This document shows positions 28,723 to 37,455 of a DNA stretch of 64,000 nucleotides, in pieces. The position numbers and the translations under genes are program-made. The notes under the pieces were generated by a model. That model ran no database searches and was not told the DNA's origin. It worked only from the letters and a program-made list of their open reading frames with translations. The DNA comes from Nitrospiraceae bacterium (GTDB lineage Bacteria; Nitrospirota; Nitrospiria; Nitrospirales; UBA2166): NCBI GenBank assembly GCA_002726235.1, contig PBSN01000013.1:1-64000 (forward strand), written 5' to 3'. The number at the start of each line of letters is the position of its first letter. The stretch's first letter is position 1.

Positions 28723-30456
28723 TTATGGTTTTACAAGATGGAATTGCGTTTCGTACAGGGTGCGGTACGTTGCACTGCGAGTTATCAGTGCATTATGTGG
28801 TCCCTGGTCGATAATGCGGCCACCCATAAGCACTAGGATACGATCGGCATGTTGTAGCGTTGCCAAACGATGCGCGATGATAAAGGTGGTTCGATTGCGT
28901 GTCAGTTCGTTCAGTGCCGCACGTATTTTCACTTCAGTTTCTGTATCGATGCTTGAAGTGGCCTCGTCGAAGACGATGATTGGAGGATCTTTGAGAAGGA
29001 CGCGGGCGATGGCGAGTCGCTGCTTCTGACCAACCGATAATTTTACGCCACGTTCTCCCACTAATGTCTCGTATTGCTCGGGGAGGGAGGCAATGAACTC
29101 GTGGGCTCTGGCTGCTCTGGCAACCGCTTCGATGTGGCTGAAATTGGCTGCTAGATCGCCGTACGCAATGTTTTCCCGAACGGTGCCATTGAAGAGGAAC
29201 GGTTCTTGTTGTACCATCCCTATGTGATCGCGCACGTAGGCGAGTGGGAGCGCGCGAAGATCATGGTCATCGAGAAAAATACTTCCTTGTTTTACGTCAT
29301 AGAAGCGCATGAGTAGCTTAAGGAATGTACTCTTTCCGGCTCCGGAATGTCCGACAAGAGCAATGCGCTCCCCTGCCTGAACTGCAAAACTCATGTTCGT
29401 GAGGACCGGTGTAGCAGGTCGGTAGCTGAACGTCACATTCTTGGCTGTCACATTTCCACGTAGACGATGTGATGGCGTTGTTACGCCCGGTTGGTCCCGG
29501 ACTTCTGGCGTGGCATCTAGGATTTCGACAACACGATCGCCTGCAGCAAGCGCGCTCTGAAGCATGTTGTTGACCGAATGGATTTGGTTGATCGGGATAT
29601 AGAACAATGCAACGTAGGCAAGAAACGCGACGAGTTCGCCGACCGTAAGCTGACCTGCCTGAACCTGCGTCGTTCCGTACCAGAGAATAAGGACACTTCC
29701 AAGGCTTCCCATAAAAATCATGCTGGGCGAATATGTTGCCCATAGCCGCATCACTTGAAGGGTGCTTTCGCAATAGGCGGCGCTTCGCTGTCTGAATCGT
29801 TCTCGTTCGTAGGAATGGCGATTAAACGACATGGTTTCTCTGATGCCTGAGAGCGCGTCCTGAAGATAGGCGTTGAGTTCAGCTACGGCTCGTCGGATCG
29901 TGTGATAGAAGCGATGGATGGTTCTGGTATACAGCACCGCAACGAGAACAAGTACTGGAATGGGAAGCAATGACAGGATGGCAAGTTTCCAGTTGAGAGA
30001 AAATAAGATGATTGATATTCCAATCAGGGTTAACGATGCCATCAAGAGCGTCTCGAGTCCATCGATAAAGATACGTTCGATGTTTTCCACGTCATTGCTG
30101 ACTCGGCTCATGATTTCTCCAGTTTGCCTGTGTTCGTAATAGGCAATTGAGAGGCGCTGGAGAGACTCGAACACTTTTTCACGAAGGTCGTAGATCACTT
30201 TTTGTTCGAGGGTGTTGTTGAAACGGATTCGTAGACTGGCGGCGATATTACGTCCAGTGTGTGCGGCGATGAGCGCACCGATAAGCCATGGGAGGAACGT
30301 GTCGTGCCCTCCAACAATAACATCGTCGATGATGAGTTTGATGATCCATGGCGGAACAAGATCAAGCGCGGTCACTCCCGCTGCTGTGATCAAGGTAAGC
30401 GAGGATAGAACCCAGTATGGTTGGATAAAAGCAAGGACGCGGAGCAGCGATTTCAG
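28723..30456 (-). CDS. ABC exporter, fused permease/ATPase (MsbA-like)
   Basis: GHSGAGKST, LSVGQKQR, FDEATS, IAHRL; probable CTG start at 30456 (ORF track starts at 30393). Confidence 0.92.
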   Translation of the reverse strand: MKSLLRVLAFIQPYWVLSSLTLITAAGVTALDLVPPWIIKLIIDDVIVGGHDTFLPWLIGALIAAHTGRNIAASLRIRFNNTLEQKVIYDLREKVFESLQRLSIAYYEHRQTGEIMSRVSNDVENIERIFIDGLETLLMASLTLIGISIILFSLNWKLAILSLLPIPVLVLVAVLYTRTIHRFYHTIRRAVAELNAYLQDALSGIRETMSFNRHSYERERFRQRSAAYCESTLQVMRLWATYSPSMIFMGSLGSVLILWYGTTQVQAGQLTVGELVAFLAYVALFYIPINQIHSVNNMLQSALAAGDRVVEILDATPEVRDQPGVTTPSHRLRGNVTAKNVTFSYRPATPVLTNMSFAVQAGERIALVGHSGAGKSTFLKLLMRFYDVKQGSIFLDDHDLRALPLAYVRDHIGMVQQEPFLFNGTVRENIAYGDLAANFSHIEAVARAARAHEFIASLPEQYETLVGERGVKLSVGQKQRLAIARVLLKDPPIIVFDEATSSIDTETEVKIRAALNELTRNRTTFIIAHRLATLQHADRILVLMGGRIIDQGPHNALITRSATYRTLYETQFHLVKP

Positions 30457-31355
30457 TGACGGACCTCCCGCCCCTGTTGTTCGGCATGGTACGAGCTGCG
30501 TACAAGCGGTCCGGATTCCACGTGAGTGAACCCCTTGTTGATGCCGGTGGTACGTAGCGCTTCAAATTCTAGTGGTTCGTAAAATCGTGAAACTTGGCGA
30601 TGGGCATTGGTTGGCTGGAGGTACTGACCGATGGTGAGTATTTCGCACCCGACGGAGCGAAGATCGTCCATGACGGTCTCTACTTCCGCTATCGACTCGC
30701 CCATGCCGACGATCATGCCGGATTTTGTCATGATTCCAGATTGCATGGCATGCGCGAGTACATTAAGTGATCGACAGTAGTTGCCTTGTGGTCGAACAGA
30801 ATGAAACAGGCGTGGCACGGTTTCGATATTATGGTTTACGATGTCCGGATGAGCACCAAGGGTGACGTCAAGGGCACTGGTTTCTCCCTTGAAGTCGGGA
30901 ATTAAAACTTCAATGCGACAATTGGGTGTTTGTGTTCGAATGTGGCGGATCGTTGCCGCAAATTCCGCACTTCCACCATCTGAGAGATCGTCACGATTTG
31001 GGGAGGTGATGACTACGTGTCGAAGCCCTAAGCGTTCCACCACCTGCGCGATTCTCAGGGGTTCCCCTGGGTCTATTGCAAGGGGCTTGCCTGTTGTAAC
31101 GGAACAGTATTCGCACCGTCTGGTGCAAATCTCTCCGAGGATCATCAGGGTCGCGGTCTGATTATTCCAGCATTCCCAGATGTTGGGGCACCGAGCTTCC
31201 TCACAGATGGTGTGAAGTGAGAATTTCTCGGTGAGGTGTTTTATCTGGGCATAACGAGGTCCAGATTTGAGGTGTATGCGAAACCATGGAGGGAGGGATT
31301 TTCGCTCACCTCCTGCATTTGAACGGGCTCGTGAGACTGGTGCGCCTCGATGCAA
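30453..31355 (-). CDS. lipA: Lipoyl synthase
   Basis: CEEARCPNIWEC, CTRRCEYC, RSSYHA; TTG start behind AAGGAG. Confidence 0.95.
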   Translation of the reverse strand: MHRGAPVSRARSNAGGERKSLPPWFRIHLKSGPRYAQIKHLTEKFSLHTICEEARCPNIWECWNNQTATLMILGEICTRRCEYCSVTTGKPLAIDPGEPLRIAQVVERLGLRHVVITSPNRDDLSDGGSAEFAATIRHIRTQTPNCRIEVLIPDFKGETSALDVTLGAHPDIVNHNIETVPRLFHSVRPQGNYCRSLNVLAHAMQSGIMTKSGMIVGMGESIAEVETVMDDLRSVGCEILTIGQYLQPTNAHRQVSRFYEPLEFEALRTTGINKGFTHVESGPLVRSSYHAEQQGREVRH

Positions 31356-31365
31356 TGGCGACTCC

Positions 31366-31713
31366 TTAACCCCGCACTTGACTCCAACATAGGTTCTCGT
31401 CGATCTCTTTATCGGGATTGAGATCTCTGGCTTTTTGAAGCAGCACTTCCTTGGTTTCGGGTTGTTGTGGATCCGGTATACAGCAGTCGTCGACGGGGCA
31501 GACGGCTTGGCATTGTATATCGTCAAAGTGCCCCACGCATTCTGTGCAACGATCGTGGGTAATAACATAAAGCGTGTCGCCCTCCCCGTCTCCTTCGGAG
31601 ACCTTGTAGCCTTTAGCTTCGGCGTCGCTTCTTACTTCAAAAATTGCTTCGTTGGGACACTCTGGAAGGCATGCGCCACAATTAATGCACTCTTCGGTAA
31701 TTTTAACTGACAT
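31366..31713 (-). CDS. 2x[4Fe-4S] ferredoxin (YfhL-like)
   Basis: CINCGACLPECP and CTECVGH....QCQAVCP; GGAGG RBS before ATG 31713. Confidence 0.92.
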   Translation of the reverse strand: MSVKITEECINCGACLPECPNEAIFEVRSDAEAKGYKVSEGDGEGDTLYVITHDRCTECVGHFDDIQCQAVCPVDDCCIPDPQQPETKEVLLQKARDLNPDKEIDENLCWSQVRG

Positions 31714-31980
31714 GAACCGTCCTCCTTGAATTATTTCTTCTGTCAGTACAGAAAAGCATCGCAAGTTAGCAAGGAAACATGGACTATGATAGCAGTTTGG
31801 GGCACCAAAGCCCAATAGTAGCAAGTACATAGATGCTGGGAATAAGGGCATCAGCGTGGTTAATAAGACCTACCACAGGCGTGGGCATGGGCCTAGCGAA
31901 AATATAATGTTGACGTTTATTTCCTCTTTTCGCTATTCTGCGTTTTTTTTCAAAGGTGCGAGAAAGGTTTTAGGAGTGTC

Positions 31981-32427
31981 ATGAAAATCAGTCGGCTTGA
32001 AGAATACGGTCTGCGGTGTATGTTGCAGCTTGTACAGCATGTTGGGGAGCCAATGAGGGTCGAGGCAATTGCCAAACTGGAAGGGTTGTCGAAGGCTTAT
32101 GTGGCGAAGATCATGTCTCCGCTACGGCGAGCTGGTCTCGTCCTCAGTGTTCGCGGCGTGCGAGGGGGATACCTGTTGGTCCGTCCGCCGGAGATGATCA
32201 CCCTCACTGAGGTTCTGTTTGCACTTGAGGCTACTGAGGTAGACGAGGGGTTTTGTCGAACGCATAGCGGAAATTGTCCACGGTGTATCCATATGTCGGA
32301 TTGTGGGATTCGGGCGATGTGGATGCAGGTCACTGCGCAGACGTATCACGCGCTGTCGCATATCACGCTGGCTCAGTTGCTTGGAAAAGAAACTGTAGTT
32401 GCCAAGCGCATCAAACAGCATTTTTAG
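31981..32427 (+). CDS. Rrf2/IscR-family transcriptional regulator
   Basis: EYGLR, SVRGVRGGYLL, C-terminal Cys cluster CRTHSGNCPRCIHMSDC. Confidence 0.9.
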   Translation: MKISRLEEYGLRCMLQLVQHVGEPMRVEAIAKLEGLSKAYVAKIMSPLRRAGLVLSVRGVRGGYLLVRPPEMITLTEVLFALEATEVDEGFCRTHSGNCPRCIHMSDCGIRAMWMQVTAQTYHALSHITLAQLLGKETVVAKRIKQHF

Positions 32428-32531
32428 CGGGGGGAACATTGTCGTCATCACTTCCAGGCGCCCAATAATCGGTATTGTCTTTCGGCGACACGATGTCGAC
32501 CATGTGTATGTCACACAAAAGGAGATTATCT

Positions 32532-33086
32532 ATGGGAAAAGTTATCTCAATTGAACCGACACCCAACCCGCATGCAAAGAAGTTCATGTTGGATAGTCCG
32601 GTATGTACAGGAAGTGCACGATCGTTTGAAAAAATAAATGATGGGATAGTAGATCCCCTAGCACACGCCCTATTTGAGATTGACCATATCACTTCAATTT
32701 TTTATGTGCAGGAGTTCGTGACGGTGAGTAAGGCTCCTGATGTTTCGTGGGATGCGCTGGAACAGCAGATCATTTCGACGATTGAAGCGAATCTTGATGC
32801 TGTCATTGGGAGCAGGGAAAAAGAACCTGAGCATGCCAATGCGTCTACTACAGCCTCCAATCCACTTCTCGAAAAAATCAATGCGGTTCTAGACGAGAAA
32901 GTTCGTCCCGCGTTGGCTGGTGATGGGGGTGGGCTTAATGTCCTCGGGCTTGATGGCCTCACGTTGAAGATTCACTATCAAGGGGCTTGTGGGAGCTGTC
33001 CCAGTGCAACTACAGGCACGATGATGGCAATAGAGAATGTACTCAAGAAAGACGTTGATGAGCGAATCCAGGTCACCCTGGCTTAG
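32532..33086 (+). CDS. NfuA/Nfu1-type Fe-S carrier (Nfu_N + NifU_C domains)
   Basis: EPTPNP..KF, VRPALAGDGG, YQGACGSCPS. Confidence 0.92.
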   Translation: MGKVISIEPTPNPHAKKFMLDSPVCTGSARSFEKINDGIVDPLAHALFEIDHITSIFYVQEFVTVSKAPDVSWDALEQQIISTIEANLDAVIGSREKEPEHANASTTASNPLLEKINAVLDEKVRPALAGDGGGLNVLGLDGLTLKIHYQGACGSCPSATTGTMMAIENVLKKDVDERIQVTLA

Positions 33087-33098
33087 CAGGGAGGAGTT

Positions 33099-34208
33099 AT
33101 GTCGGATGCGATATGCGCTGTGCGCGAGGAGGCTGTTCTTCATGTTCTCCGAACCGTCCAAGACCCAGATCTTCATAAGGACATTGTCAGCCTCGGTTTC
33201 ATCAAGAATCTAGCGATTGCAGGGACCAAAGTTAGTTTTGATGTTGAACTGACAACACCTGCTTGCCCGGTTAAAGAACAACTAAAACAGGAATGTTATG
33301 ACAAGGTGCTGGCCTTGGATGGTGTGGCGGAAGTCGACATTTCAATGACCTCGAATGTTCGGGCGCGAGAGGTTCAGAGTTCGATTGCGATACCAGGAGT
33401 CAAAAACGTGCTTGCTGTCGCGAGTGGAAAAGGTGGCGTCGGGAAGTCAACGGCAAGCGTCAATATTGCGTTGGCGCTGCAGGCGACAGGAGCGCGTGTT
33501 GGGTTGCTGGACGCTGATATTTATGGACCGAGCATTCCGACCATGCTGGGTATCGACGGCGCTCTTGAAAAGACAGCGGAGAATAAACTCGTCCCAAAAG
33601 AAAAGTTTGGGCTTCGTGTTATGTCGATGGGTTTTCTGGTCTCTGACGATGCTCCCGTGGTATGGCGTGGGCCAATGGTGCATGGCATCCTGCAACAATT
33701 CCTTGGCCAGGTGTTATGGAATGACTTGGACTATCTCATTGTTGATATGCCCCCGGGGACGGGAGATGCGCAGTTGACCCTCACACAGTCAGCCCCTCTC
33801 GCTGGCGCGGTCATTATTACGACTCCACAAGACGTCAGTTTGATTGATGCACGACGCGGTTTGAGGATGTTCGAACAGGTAAACGTTCCTGTGCTTGGCC
33901 TGATTGAGAACATGAGCTTTTTTGTCTGCCACACGTGTGATGAACGGCACGATATTTTTCGTCATGGTGGTGGCAAGAAGGTGAGTGAAGAGCTAAGAAT
34001 TCCATTCCTTGGGGAGATTCCCATTGATCCCAGCATTGTGCTTGGCGGAGATACGGGTGTGCCCATTGTGCAGCAGGCTCCAAGGTCTGCTGCAGCCAAG
34101 GCGTATCACTCAATTGCGTCAAATATAGCCGCGGGATTGAGCATGGCTGCCATGGAGCTTATCGATCCTGCAGACCTGAAATTGCAATGGAAAACCACGT
34201 CTCAGTAG
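33099..34208 (+). CDS. mrp: Mrp/ApbC (NBP35-family) Fe-S carrier ATPase with DUF59 N-domain
   Basis: VQDPDLHKDIVSLG, LTTPACP, SGKGGVGKST, DADIYGPS, WRGPM, DMPPGTGD, ENMS..CxxC. Confidence 0.94.
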   Translation: MSDAICAVREEAVLHVLRTVQDPDLHKDIVSLGFIKNLAIAGTKVSFDVELTTPACPVKEQLKQECYDKVLALDGVAEVDISMTSNVRAREVQSSIAIPGVKNVLAVASGKGGVGKSTASVNIALALQATGARVGLLDADIYGPSIPTMLGIDGALEKTAENKLVPKEKFGLRVMSMGFLVSDDAPVVWRGPMVHGILQQFLGQVLWNDLDYLIVDMPPGTGDAQLTLTQSAPLAGAVIITTPQDVSLIDARRGLRMFEQVNVPVLGLIENMSFFVCHTCDERHDIFRHGGGKKVSEELRIPFLGEIPIDPSIVLGGDTGVPIVQQAPRSAAAKAYHSIASNIAAGLSMAAMELIDPADLKLQWKTTSQ

Positions 34209-34549
34209 TGACGGATCATCCTATTGTGATCAACACGCTTCGACCTACCGGCATCCGCCAAATTGGTGAAAACGTATTAGGTATTACCTGGAATGATGGC
34301 CATGAAAGCCGTTATCCCGTCAAGGCACTACGAGAAGCGTGCGAATGTGCAGTTTGCATTGATGAATGGTCTGGAGAAAAGCGTATTGAGCCTGGCGCTA
34401 TTCCTGAAGATGTGCATCCCCTAGAGATCAATCCTGTTGGTCTTTACGGTATCCGTATTGACTGGAGTGATGGGCATAACAGTGGTATTTATACCTTCCC
34501 GCATATTCGATCTTTATGTGCCTGTCTAACCTGCTCTGGATGTAAGTAG
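34187..34549 (+). CDS. DUF971 / GBBH-like N-terminal domain protein
   Basis: ITWNDGHES.Y, LREACECAVC, VGLYGIRIDWSDGHNSGIY; exact start uncertain. Confidence 0.85.
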   Translation: MENHVSVVTDHPIVINTLRPTGIRQIGENVLGITWNDGHESRYPVKALREACECAVCIDEWSGEKRIEPGAIPEDVHPLEINPVGLYGIRIDWSDGHNSGIYTFPHIRSLCACLTCSGCK

Positions 34550-34604
34550 CGTGCTATTGGAACGCCGGTGGCAATCAAATGGAAAGTTCGTAGATGGTCA
34601 ACGC

Positions 34605-34632
34605 TTGACATGTTGTTGAAGCTCTCTATAAT
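34605..34632 (+). promoter_or_regulatory. Consensus sigma70 promoter with GC-rich discriminator
   Basis: TTGACA-16 nt-TATAAT-GCGC. Confidence 0.8.
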
Positions 34633-34752
34633 GCGCTCCTGTGAGATTTTGAGGTTTCGTGAATTGAGGCATGTTCCAAGCGGTGGGGCTGGTCTGCATT
34701 TGGGTAGTACAGGGCGGGATAGGTACTCATACTAGGCGCACAGGGACGATAG

Positions 34753-34992
34753 ATGTCAACGAGAGCGTATGTGCTTCTGAAGGTTAAAACGGGAAAAACG
34801 AAAGACGTTGTGAGGGCATTGAACGCCGTATCCAGTGTAAAGCAGGTTCATCCATGTTTTGGCCAGCCCGATGTGTTTTGCTTTGTCGAAGTGCAAGATG
34901 AAAAAGGTCTTTCCGATCTTGTCATACGGACGATCCACACGATCGACGGGGTTGACGAAACTGACACCCATATTGTGGCAGAGACGGCGTAA
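34753..34992 (+). CDS. Stand-alone Lrp/AsnC ligand-binding (RAM) domain protein
   Basis: 79 aa, AYVL..V..G, FGQPD, I..IDGV.ET.T; no HTH. Confidence 0.82.
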   Translation: MSTRAYVLLKVKTGKTKDVVRALNAVSSVKQVHPCFGQPDVFCFVEVQDEKGLSDLVIRTIHTIDGVDETDTHIVAETA

Positions 34993-35012
34993 GACCGGAA
35001 ACGATTAATTAG

Positions 35013-35105
35013 ATGTCCAGTGTTGTAAAGAAGCGACGAAAGAAGATGCGCAAACACAAAGACCGAAAACTGAGAAAACGTATGAAGTTTCAACGGAGGA
35101 AGTAG
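35013..35105 (+). CDS. 30-aa basic protein, bS22 / mS38 (AURKAIP1-COX24) family small ribosomal protein (not in ORF track)
   Basis: MSSVVKKRRKKMRKHKDRKLRKRMKFQRRK matches the S-V-x-K-K-R-R-K-x-M-x-K-x-K-x-R-K-L family pattern. Confidence 0.88.
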   Translation: MSSVVKKRRKKMRKHKDRKLRKRMKFQRRK

Positions 35106-35179
35106 CCCCTCGTTCCTTCTGTTCTAAGATCCACTTCCTCCTTTGCTCCATTCTCACACAGAGAGATCACAGGCGACGG

Positions 35180-35292
35180 TCGGCTGAGCCTCCTTACTAA
35201 GGCCAAAGGGTCGTTGGTGTGCGTGGCGCACACGAAGTATGCGGGCATAACAACGGGGGGAATGCCCCTGGCAGCTGTTTTCAACAGCCCTG
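35180..35292 (-). repeat. Degenerate intergenic repeat copy
   Basis: Reverse complement TTGAAAA...CCGTTGTTATGCCCGCATACTTCG aligns with the 41424-41541 copy. Confidence 0.6.
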
Positions 35293-35293
35293 A

Positions 35294-36523
35294 TTATTGA
35301 ATGACCGCTAACACATCGACGATGCCATCTCCATCAATATCGGTTCCGATGACATCTGGGGTGCTGTCGTTATTGTGGTCGAAAGAGTGGGTTTCATACG
35401 TCCCATCGCCGTCTTTGTCATGCGCTGTCTTCTCATGGCGACCGTTTTTGTCCGCGTCGCGAGCAATATAATCGGGCACGCCATCCTGATCCCCGTCGAT
35501 AATCCACGCATCCACATATTTGTTTTGGTCAGAATCGATTCCAATGCGATCGATTACCCCATCGTCATTGGTATCAAATTGTTTCAGAATTCCATTCCTT
35601 CTCCAAGTGGTCAGCGTTTCCGCTGCCCACGATGTAATGTCGGGGATGTTCTCAGCCCGAGGTGAGGGGAGTACGTCAAGAAACGAAGTGATTGTGTCTG
35701 CTGGTATGGCATAGCTCTGAGATGTTTCAGGGTCATAAAATGCCGCCACTCCGATCACGTCTCCGCGTTTGTTAAGGATTGGACCGCCAGGACTTCCAGA
35801 GACAGTTTGTGCATGAATCACCATAGGCTGTGTATGTATTTGTGTGTGTCGAACGCGCTTGGAATATTCTTCTGACCAGGAAATGGTCGTGTTGATTTCG
35901 GTCACCGCCGTATCGCTATATACCCATGCTTCCGGAGTGGGGAGTCCGATACTAAACACTTGGTCGCTAACGTGAACCTTCGATACGTCTCCAAATGCGA
36001 CAGGATTCCTGTTGGCGGGTGGATGGGGAAGGTGAAGAACAGCAAGGTCGTTCCCTGGGTTTGCCATGAACACATTGGCGGTAACAATCAAGTTTTTTCC
36101 TATATCCGCAATGCTCTTTGGCCGAAACACGGCAGCAATGGTTTTGGCCTCTTTGACGACGTGCCAATCCGTTAAAATTAATCCTCTCTCATCAATGATC
36201 AAGCCAATCCCGGTTCCATTGTCAGTTATGACATATACAACCGAGTCGACAGCATTCCCAAAGGCTTGTGCACCGGGACTCGTTTGATAGGGGTCATTAA
36301 TCAGGTCAAGCCAAAAAGCTAGGACCGCTTTTTCTGCGCGGGCAATAAATTCCACAGTTGGATCGCTTGGAGAAACAAAGCCTCGAACGGTGGCTGCGGA
36401 TTTTTCCCAAAGAGATGGTACTGGGGATCCGGGCATGAATGACGTTGATTGGGCAAACGCCGACAACGCAGTGGCAATTAGAACGCAGACGGTGATCAGA
36501 ATGTGAACTGACAGTATCGGCAT
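35294..36523 (-). CDS. Secreted trypsin-like domain protein (catalytic Ser apparently replaced) with C-terminal DxDxDG repeats
   Basis: LTDWHVV, NDLAVL, GSPGGP in place of GNSGGP; about six D-x-[DN]-x-[DN]-G-like motifs; start uncertain. Confidence 0.75.
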   Translation of the reverse strand: MPILSVHILITVCVLIATALSAFAQSTSFMPGSPVPSLWEKSAATVRGFVSPSDPTVEFIARAEKAVLAFWLDLINDPYQTSPGAQAFGNAVDSVVYVITDNGTGIGLIIDERGLILTDWHVVKEAKTIAAVFRPKSIADIGKNLIVTANVFMANPGNDLAVLHLPHPPANRNPVAFGDVSKVHVSDQVFSIGLPTPEAWVYSDTAVTEINTTISWSEEYSKRVRHTQIHTQPMVIHAQTVSGSPGGPILNKRGDVIGVAAFYDPETSQSYAIPADTITSFLDVLPSPRAENIPDITSWAAETLTTWRRNGILKQFDTNDDGVIDRIGIDSDQNKYVDAWIIDGDQDGVPDYIARDADKNGRHEKTAHDKDGDGTYETHSFDHNNDSTPDVIGTDIDGDGIVDVLAVIQ

Positions 36524-36666
36524 GGGAGATAGCTTTGCGAATCTACTGTTGCGAGGGAGGGCCCCATGTGATTGTCCAGCATAACAATCCATTTCCTGCA
36601 CTGTCAACGCGCAGAAACGCTTGCTTTGCGCGGTCGAATTGGTGTGGGCAGAGCGGCAAAAAAACG

Positions 36667-37251
36667 TCAGTGCATCAAGTGCTGACGCACTTGGAGGTAG
36701 CGGGACTCCTGCATATGGTCCAGCGTTGAGCGTACGTGGTCAAGTCCTACTACGCACAGCTCGAAGTTGTCAGAAAGTTTCTGCCATGCCGATGTATTGG
36801 CTTTTGGAGGGTGGTCTTTATATTCAGCCGCGATTGAATAGGATCGTTTGCCTGTCCTGATGTAATCAATCAAGAAATCTCCGTGATGAATCATCCCTGA
36901 TGATTTGATGCGGCGGAGGTGTTGCGGAAAGATTCCGCCCATGAACAGGGTAAAGTCACCAATGTGCTGGTGAACTTCTTGCTCTCGTTCGAAGGAGGAG
37001 GCCTCTAGGAGGACATCAGATTCATATAACATTTCTATGACGGTTCCAACCTGGTCTCCGTTGCGATTGCGAATCGTGTACAACCGATCGATATCGATAA
37101 ATTTTAACAGCAACTCACTGATGTAGGATGTGACATGCAAATCATCCCACCGGAGATAGTGCAGAAAACTACGTTCGACGAGTGATCTGAAGAGGTGTCT
37201 GAGCGGATGGTCGTTGGGAATCGAGGTGCTCATCATGTTCTGTCCCTCCAC
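36667..37251 (-). CDS. Hypothetical protein
   Basis: 194-aa ORF with protein-like composition (HIGDFTLFMGGIFP, GKRSY); fits the gene packing. Confidence 0.75.
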   Translation of the reverse strand: MEGQNMMSTSIPNDHPLRHLFRSLVERSFLHYLRWDDLHVTSYISELLLKFIDIDRLYTIRNRNGDQVGTVIEMLYESDVLLEASSFEREQEVHQHIGDFTLFMGGIFPQHLRRIKSSGMIHHGDFLIDYIRTGKRSYSIAAEYKDHPPKANTSAWQKLSDNFELCVVGLDHVRSTLDHMQESRYLQVRQHLMH

Positions 37252-37344
37252 AAGTCACAACATGTCTCTCGTGCCGAATGATAATGGCGAGAATCCTTTC
37301 AACTTGTCAATGGCATATCACATATGTGAGGACGGCAGGCTACC

Positions 37345-37455
37345 CCCTCCCTGCATCGGTGTTCTCGGCTCGTTGTCGTGCGTATGTGCTTCGCGTACAT
37401 TCTGTGCGCCAAATGTTCTGCGGTCTCGCGGGGCAAGTTTTTTTCAACATTCCTG
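37345..37455 (+). repeat. Degenerate intergenic repeat copy
   Basis: GTTCTCGGCTCGTTGTCGTGCGTATGTGCTTCGCGTACATTCTGTGCGCCAAA... aligns colinearly with the reverse complement of 41424-41541. Confidence 0.75.

Noticed and set aside
31356..31568. N-terminal extension of lipA in the ORF track
   Set aside because: It overlaps the ferredoxin gene; TTG 31355 has an AAGGAG RBS.
34633..34752. tRNA or ncRNA behind the strong promoter
   Set aside because: No cloverleaf, T-loop motif or terminator; treated as a 5' UTR.
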